Shown here: positions 58,705 to 64,000 of the stretch, in pieces
How the letters are laid out: each line of letters begins with the position of its first letter
Position numbering within the stretch: the stretch's first letter is position 1
NCBI GenBank assembly: GCA_016783555.1
Contig: JADHWH010000002.1
Span: 2,037 to 66,036, forward strand
Origin: Candidatus Omnitrophota bacterium
Lineage (GTDB): Bacteria > Omnitrophota > Gorgyraeia > JABMRJ01
Reading direction: 5' to 3'
Length of the DNA: 64,000 nt
Notes under the pieces: model-generated
Told to the model about the DNA's origin: nothing
Seen by the model: only the letters and a program-made list of their open reading frames with translations
Databases searched by the model: none
Translations under genes and position numbers: made by a program

Positions 58705-58955
58705 CTGTAAAATGTCCCGGCTCACAGACCTTTAGCCAGCCCCATCCGGATTTTATAAGATGTCCTTTCTGCAAGGCCGAAGTGGAGATATGGTCGGATG
58801 AGGCTAAGACGAAATGCCCGGGGTGCAAAAAGACCGTTTTGCGCGACCAAGGCCAGAGCTGTCTCGACTGGTGCAGGTACGCAAAGGAGTGCGTAGGAGA
58901 GGAGCAATTTAAGAAATTCTTAAAAAATAAAAGGCTTAACAAATCAGATAAGTAG
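58701..58955 (+). CDS. small Cys-rich (Zn-ribbon/Fe-S) hypothetical protein
   Basis: CPG, CPFC..EVEIWSDE...CPGC, C.DWC..A.EC. Confidence 0.75.
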   Translation: MTVKCPGSQTFSQPHPDFIRCPFCKAEVEIWSDEAKTKCPGCKKTVLRDQGQSCLDWCRYAKECVGEEQFKKFLKNKRLNKSDK

Positions 58956-58988
58956 TATATAATCATAAGATAAAGCAAAGAGGAGGGT

Positions 58989-59222
58989 ATGATGGAATTA
59001 AAAGAAAAAGTAATGGGTGTGCTGAATAAGAAGATAAAGCCGTGGCTTAAGGCGGACGGCGGGGATTGCGAGCTGGTAGATGTCACTACTGACGGTGTGG
59101 TCAAGGTGAAATTAACCGGCGCATGCGGCACATGCCCCATGAGCCAGATGACACTCCAGATGGGAGTAGGAAGGGTATTAAAAGAAGAGATACCTGAGGT
59201 AAAAGAGGTCGTTGCCGTATAA
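58989..59222 (+). CDS. NifU C-terminal/NfuA-type Fe-S carrier
   Basis: L.ADGGD.EL, LTGACGTCPMS..TL. Confidence 0.92.
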   Translation: MMELKEKVMGVLNKKIKPWLKADGGDCELVDVTTDGVVKVKLTGACGTCPMSQMTLQMGVGRVLKEEIPEVKEVVAV

Positions 59223-59245
59223 CGGCGATAAGAGTTTTAAAGAGA

Positions 59246-59959
59246 ATGGTCGAATTCGATACAGAAGTAGTAGATGTAATAGAGATGACCTATAATGTAA
59301 AGAGCTTCAGGTTTAGAGCCGGAGATGATGCGGTTTTTAGGCCCGGACAGTTCTTCTTTGTTACGATAAAAGCTGAAGACCGGGATATGACGAAACATTT
59401 CTCTTTTTCGAATTCGCCTACGGAAAAAGGTTATGTAGAATTTACCAAGAGGATTACCGGAAGCCCGTTTTCTAAAGCGCTTGACGGATTAAAAAGAGGC
59501 GATTGGGCGCACTTGAGGATGCCGTACGGTAACTTTACGTTTGAGGGAGGGCATGATAGAATAGCCTTTCTTTCCGGCGGCATAGGCGTAACGCCTATAA
59601 GGTCTATGTGTAAGTATGCCGGAGACATGAAATTAGAGAGAGATATAGTCTTACTCTATGGCAACAGTGAGGAGAGGGATATTATATTCAGGCGGGATTT
59701 AGACGAGATAAGCTCGAAAATTAAGAATATCCGCGTACTATACACCTTGACCTCTCAAGACGTTGATAACTCTACTTGGGCCGGGAGGATAGGTTACATA
59801 GATAGTAAGATGGTAAGAGAAGAAATCCCCGATTACAATAAAAGGATCTTTTATATATGCGGCCCGCCTAATATGGTAGAGGGTTTAAAAAATATCTTAA
59901 GAGACGATCTCGGCGTTAAAGAAGGCAGTATTAAATATGAGAATTTTTCAGGGTATTGA
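59246..59959 (+). CDS. ferredoxin-NAD(P) reductase-like FAD oxidoreductase
   Basis: F.PGQF, FSFSNSP, SGGIGVTP, YICGPP.MV, ENF. Confidence 0.88.
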   Translation: MVEFDTEVVDVIEMTYNVKSFRFRAGDDAVFRPGQFFFVTIKAEDRDMTKHFSFSNSPTEKGYVEFTKRITGSPFSKALDGLKRGDWAHLRMPYGNFTFEGGHDRIAFLSGGIGVTPIRSMCKYAGDMKLERDIVLLYGNSEERDIIFRRDLDEISSKIKNIRVLYTLTSQDVDNSTWAGRIGYIDSKMVREEIPDYNKRIFYICGPPNMVEGLKNILRDDLGVKEGSIKYENFSGY

Positions 59960-60007
59960 TCTTGAGTGAGGCGGTCTATTTTGATTTCGCAAGATAGGAG
60001 GATAATA

Positions 60008-60586
60008 ATGGGAAAGTCCGTGAAAGGAACTAAGACAGAAAAGAATCTACTCGCTTCTTTCGCCGGTGAATCGCAGGCGAGAAACCGCTATACATATTTT
60101 GCCGGTGTGGCCAAAAAGGCCGGTTACGAGCAGATTGCGGCCATATTCTTAGAGACCGCCGATAATGAGAAAGAGCATGCCAAGAGGTTCTTCAAGCTTT
60201 TGGAAGGTGGGGAAGTAGAGATCGCGGCTTCATACCCTGCGGGGGTGATAGGAGATACCCCGGCAAATCTTAAGGCCGCCGCAGAAGGCGAAAACCTCGA
60301 ATGGACAAAGCTTTACAAGGAGGCGGAAGAGAGAGCGCGCAAAGAGGGTTTTGAAGAGATTGCCGAACAGTTTAAAGAGATTGCCGAAGTAGAAGAAGAG
60401 CACGAAAAGAGATACCGCAGGCTCCTTCGGAATATAAAAGAGAAGAAGGTCTTTAAGAGAGAGACCGTCGTTAAATGGAAATGCCGAAACTGCGGATATC
60501 TCCATGAGGGCAAAGAGGCACCGGAAGAGTGCCCCGCCTGCGCCCATCCACAGGCGTACTACGAACTTCTGTGCGAGAATTATTAA
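60008..60586 (+). CDS. rbr: rubrerythrin
   Basis: FAGESQARNRY, NEKEH, E..H; C-terminal CRNC/CPAC; start moved to ATG 60008. Confidence 0.95.
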   Translation: MGKSVKGTKTEKNLLASFAGESQARNRYTYFAGVAKKAGYEQIAAIFLETADNEKEHAKRFFKLLEGGEVEIAASYPAGVIGDTPANLKAAAEGENLEWTKLYKEAEERARKEGFEEIAEQFKEIAEVEEEHEKRYRRLLRNIKEKKVFKRETVVKWKCRNCGYLHEGKEAPEECPACAHPQAYYELLCENY

Positions 60587-60612
60587 AAGTAATGCGGTGA
60601 AAAGGAATGATT

Positions 60613-60749
60613 AAATTCGAAATCCGAATATCGAAATCCGAAACAATATCGAATTACCGAAATTCGAATGTTCCAAACCAAGTGTTTTGGTCATTTGAAA
60701 ATTCGGATTTCGTATTTGTTTCGAATTTCGGATTTCGTGCTTCGAATTT
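60613..60749. repeat. imperfect palindrome built from AAATCCG-type heptamer repeats
   Basis: Left arm AAATTCG AAATCCG AATATCG AAATCCG AAAC...; right arm ...GTTT CGAATTT CGGATTT CGTGCTT CGAATTT. Confidence 0.85.
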
Positions 60750-60789
60750 AACAAGCAGATAAACATATTATACGAGGGAGGTGCGAATC

Positions 60790-61233
60790 ATGAAAGGGTA
60801 TGTGTGTAAAGTATGTAAATATATCTCTATAAACGGAAGCGCGCCGGATAAGTGCCCGGTCTGCGGGGCGCCGAAGACGGCTTTTGAAGAGAAGGATAAC
60901 GCCGCATCGGCCGCTAAAGACACAAATAACCTGACCGAATTGGAGAAGAAGCACATACCGGTTATTACCGTCTTAAAAGAGTGCGGCTTAATACCCGAAG
61001 GCTGCATGGATGTACATGTAAAGATGGGAGAGATCAAACACCCTATGCAGGCCGACCATTACATCGTACACATCGACTTCTATATAGAGAACGAGTTTAT
61101 ATCGAGGGTTATATTGACTCCTGATAGACTTAATCCGGCAGCCGCGCTCCACCTTAACGCAAAGAGCGGCAGGCTTACGGTTATAGAGCTCTGCAATATA
61201 CATGGGGCTTGGGTTAAAGAGGCAAATCTATAA
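60790..61233 (+). CDS. superoxide reductase (desulfoferrodoxin family) with N-terminal rubredoxin-like domain
   Basis: CKVC...CPVC; EKKH, HPM..DHYI and CNIHG SOR ligands. Confidence 0.88.
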   Translation: MKGYVCKVCKYISINGSAPDKCPVCGAPKTAFEEKDNAASAAKDTNNLTELEKKHIPVITVLKECGLIPEGCMDVHVKMGEIKHPMQADHYIVHIDFYIENEFISRVILTPDRLNPAAALHLNAKSGRLTVIELCNIHGAWVKEANL

Positions 61234-61250
61234 AAGAGGGGGGAGACTTT

Positions 61251-61730
61251 ATGGGCAACATATTTTCTGGAAGCGAGATAGTAGAGATGGGAATCCAGAT
61301 TGAGAAGAACGGCAAGGCCTTTTATGACAGGTTGACCGAAAAGTCCAGCAATGGTGAAGCCAAAGATATTTTTAAATTTTTGGCCGGAGAGGAAGAGAAG
61401 CACATAGTTCTATTCAAAAAGATATTGGAGGCGGTAGGTAAATTCCAGCCGCAGGAGACCTATCCAGGCGAGTATTACGAATATATGAACGCCTTGGCCG
61501 GAGAGTATATCTTTACCCAGAAAGGGAAAGGCCAGGAAGTGGCCGCCGGGGTAAAGGATGATAAGGATGCGGTAAATCTTGGCATAGGCTTTGAGAAGGA
61601 TTCGATTATCTTCTACGACGGGCTTAAGAGAGTCGTGCCGGAATACGACCAGAAGACAGTAGATACATTAATAACAGAGGAGAAGGCCCATTTAAGAAAG
61701 CTGTACGGTCTGAAGAGGAAGATCGGATAA
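61251..61730 (+). CDS. ferritin-like (rubrerythrin family) di-iron protein
   Basis: IE.NG..FY, EEEKH, EKDSI.FY, EE.AH. Confidence 0.85.
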   Translation: MGNIFSGSEIVEMGIQIEKNGKAFYDRLTEKSSNGEAKDIFKFLAGEEEKHIVLFKKILEAVGKFQPQETYPGEYYEYMNALAGEYIFTQKGKGQEVAAGVKDDKDAVNLGIGFEKDSIIFYDGLKRVVPEYDQKTVDTLITEEKAHLRKLYGLKRKIG

Positions 61731-61743
61731 GAAGGATCTACAG

Positions 61744-62784
61744 ATGGAGAGAGAACCGACTTGCCCCCACTGCGAAGAGAGAACGCCATTATACAAAAAT
61801 AAGACTTTTATCGTATCCTCTATACTGATATCGGCGGCTCTTTTATCTTATATCGTACCTATCATGGAACCTTTTAGAAGATCCCTTTTTGTATATTTTA
61901 AGACTATATGGTGGGCGATCCTCCTCGGTTTTTTGCTTGGCGGCGCGATAGACCACTATGTCCCGCGTGAATATATATCGCATATCTTAGCGAGGCCGAG
62001 GAAGAGGACGATATTCTATTCTGTAATCCTGGGCTTTTTTATGAGCGCATGCTCGCACGGGATACTCGCCCTTTCTATCGAGCTCCACAAGAAAGGAGCG
62101 TCGAATCCAGCGGTGGTGGCATTCCTTCTCGCGAGCCCCTGGGCCAATCTTACTCTTACGATAATGCTGATAGGGTTTTTCGGCTTAAAGGCGTTATATA
62201 TTATAGTTTCGGCTATTGTAATTGCCGTGATCACAGGATTTATATTCCAATTTTTAGAGTCGAAGAATCTCATCGAAAAGAATGATAATATCGTAAATAC
62301 CGAAGAAACCTTTTCTATCGTTAATGATATCAGGAAGAGATTCGGCGATTATGAATTCTCCTTTAATGCTGTTAGATCTGATATAAGAGGCATTTTAAAC
62401 GGGGCGCTTTCGTTAAGCAATATGGTATTATGGTGGGTTCTGATAGGTGTGGGGATTGCGAGCTTAGCTGGGGGTTATGTCCCGTCAGGTATATTCCAGA
62501 GATTTATGGGGCCAACCATGCTCGGACTCGCCGTAACGCTTATCGTCGCTACAATCATAGAGGTATGCTCCGAAGGTTCGGCGCCGATGGCGTTTGAGAT
62601 ATTCAGGCAGACCGGCGCGCTGGGAAACAGCTTTGTCTTCCTTATGGCGGGCGTCGTGACTGATTATACGGAGATAGGGCTCCTGTGGCATAATGTGGGA
62701 AGAAGGGTAGCTATCTGGCTGCCGATAATTACGGTACCGCAGGTTGTCTTATTGGGCATAATAGCCAATAATATATTTAAATGA
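61744..62784 (+). CDS. DUF318/ArsP-like permease
   Basis: Multiple TM helices; internal repeat ACSHG / VCSEG; FLLASP; FLMAG; N-terminal CPHC. Confidence 0.82.
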   Translation: MEREPTCPHCEERTPLYKNKTFIVSSILISAALLSYIVPIMEPFRRSLFVYFKTIWWAILLGFLLGGAIDHYVPREYISHILARPRKRTIFYSVILGFFMSACSHGILALSIELHKKGASNPAVVAFLLASPWANLTLTIMLIGFFGLKALYIIVSAIVIAVITGFIFQFLESKNLIEKNDNIVNTEETFSIVNDIRKRFGDYEFSFNAVRSDIRGILNGALSLSNMVLWWVLIGVGIASLAGGYVPSGIFQRFMGPTMLGLAVTLIVATIIEVCSEGSAPMAFEIFRQTGALGNSFVFLMAGVVTDYTEIGLLWHNVGRRVAIWLPIITVPQVVLLGIIANNIFK

Positions 62785-62977
62785 GGCCATGACTTACGGA
62801 ACGAAGTGAACGTAAGTCATATGGCCGAATTTACCCAGCACTAATTTTATGAAATATTGGGTCTATGTATTAAAAAATAGGAATAAAATTAGTGCTGGGT
62901 TTAATGCGACCTTTCATAGAAGAGAAACAGAGGAGATAAACTTACGAAAAATCGGAGATTTTTCGTAAGTTTAGGTC
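62783..62977. repeat. three consecutive palindromic elements between the permease and the reductase
   Basis: GGCCAT-GACTTACG/CGTAAGTC-ATATGGCC; CCCAGCACTAATTTTAT/ATAAAATTAGTGCTGGG (62834-62899) flanked by TTTA; AAACTTACGAAAAATC/GATTTTTCGTAAGTTT. Confidence 0.75.
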
Positions 62978-62984
62978 TTATTAA

Positions 62985-63887
62985 ATGCGCGACTTGATTA
63001 TTATAGGGGCAGGGCCGGCCGGCATAACAGCCGGCATATACGCTATCCGCCAGGGGCTTGATCTCCTGGTTATATCGAAAGATATCGGCGGCCAGACCGT
63101 CTGGAGCGGCGACATCGAAAATTATACGGGCTATCAATTTATTTCAGGCCCCGAGCTTACGGGCAAGTTCGAAGAGCATATGCGCAAATATGGGATCGAA
63201 CTGAAAAATGAGGAGGAGGTAACTAAACTTGAGAAGACCGGTGGCGGTGTCACGATTGAGACTGTGGAAGGTCAGTATGAGTCGCGGACAGCGATAATCG
63301 CCTCGGGAAAGAGATCAAAAGAGCTTAACGTGCCGGGTGAGAAGGAATTTAAAAACCGGGGTCTTACGTATTGCGCAACCTGTGACGGCCCGCTGTTCGC
63401 GAAGAAGGATGTTGCGATAATAGGCGGCGGAAACTCCGCCATGGACGCGGCCCTCAAGCTTATAAAGATAGCCAACCGCATCTATATTATTAATAACACG
63501 CCCGCTCTCGGCGGCGACGCAATAATACGGCAGAAGGTGATTGAGAGCGATAAGGTATCGACCTTTAACTCCTCCCGGGTGGCATCTGTCTTTGGGGATA
63601 AACTGGTAAGCGGTATTAAGATAGTAAGCGGGAAGAATGAGAAGACGTTTTCAGTCCAGGGAGTCTTTGTGGAGATAGGTCTTGTGCCGAATTCCGGGTT
63701 TATAAAGGGTGTGGATAAGAACGAAGACGGGGAGATCAAGGTTAACAAAAGGAATGAAACCAATATACCCGGTATCTTTGCCGCAGGCGACGTCACCGAT
63801 GTGCCGGAGAAGCAGATTATAGTGGCGACCGGCGAAGGGGCTAAGGCGGCGCTTCAGGCCTTTAAATATCTGGCGCAGCAAAAATAA
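62985..63887 (+). CDS. thioredoxin reductase/AhpF-like FAD-dependent disulfide reductase
   Basis: IIGAGPAG, IENY.G, CATCDG, GGGNSA, FAAGD. Confidence 0.92.
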   Translation: MRDLIIIGAGPAGITAGIYAIRQGLDLLVISKDIGGQTVWSGDIENYTGYQFISGPELTGKFEEHMRKYGIELKNEEEVTKLEKTGGGVTIETVEGQYESRTAIIASGKRSKELNVPGEKEFKNRGLTYCATCDGPLFAKKDVAIIGGGNSAMDAALKLIKIANRIYIINNTPALGGDAIIRQKVIESDKVSTFNSSRVASVFGDKLVSGIKIVSGKNEKTFSVQGVFVEIGLVPNSGFIKGVDKNEDGEIKVNKRNETNIPGIFAAGDVTDVPEKQIIVATGEGAKAALQAFKYLAQQK

Positions 63888-63892
63888 AGGAT

Positions 63893-64000
63893 ATGATTTC
63901 AAAGAAAAGATTGCTTAACGGTCTACATGAACTTGTGCATGTCGAGGAAGGGGCGGTTACGCTCTACGCAAATTTTACGAAGACCCTCTTGAGGCATGCG
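63893..64000 (+). CDS. N-terminal fragment of a possible ferritin-like protein (runs off the window)
   Basis: MISKKRLLNGLHELVHVEEGAVTLYANFTKTLLRHA open to the window end; SD AAGGA. Confidence 0.5.
   Translation, partial: MISKKRLLNGLHELVHVEEGAVTLYANFTKTLLRHA

Overview
Chromosomal segment of an anaerobic diderm bacterium. The gene content and repeat style are reminiscent of Candidatus Omnitrophota (inference, not verified). In order: an uncharacterised NifB/NifX-DUF5320-twin MinD/ferredoxin ATPase-IscU-MBL operon; a Zn/Mn uptake locus headed by a CxxC/RSPP leader ORF; nikR-porin-nikMNQO; yajQ; an orphan XRE-HTH/ImmA-IrrE pair among repeats; amidase-murI-queDCEF-split fumarase-rph-rdgB; an AsmA-like gene; an E/R/K helical exported protein; tatA and four tRNAs (Arg-TCG, Pro-TGG, Arg-TCT, His-GTG); a receiver/kinase cluster leading into a type IV pilus/T2SS-like operon; glnA-gdhA-glutamate synthase; a BirA-controlled bioBFHCDA operon; feoAB; Rrf2-cysK-DUF39; and an Rrf2-headed oxidative/metal stress operon. 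No transposase, integrase, CRISPR array or rRNA was seen. The most interesting signals are non-coding or tiny. (1) Miniature inverted-repeat elements sit in ATGA stop/start overlaps (bioC/bioD, feoA/feoB) with a 4-bp duplication and rebuild a ribosome-binding site and GTG start. (2) A 25-codon Cys-rich leader ending UGA-CGU-UAA precedes the stress operon. (3) A DUF2946/CruR-like arrest-peptide candidate precedes the zinc uptake genes. (4) A double ANTAR-type attenuator precedes glutamate synthase. (5) A CCA-ending hairpin copies the tRNA-Pro 3' end. (6) Heptamer-repeat elements are partly translated into QueF. All calls are by eye; no database searches or folding programs were run.
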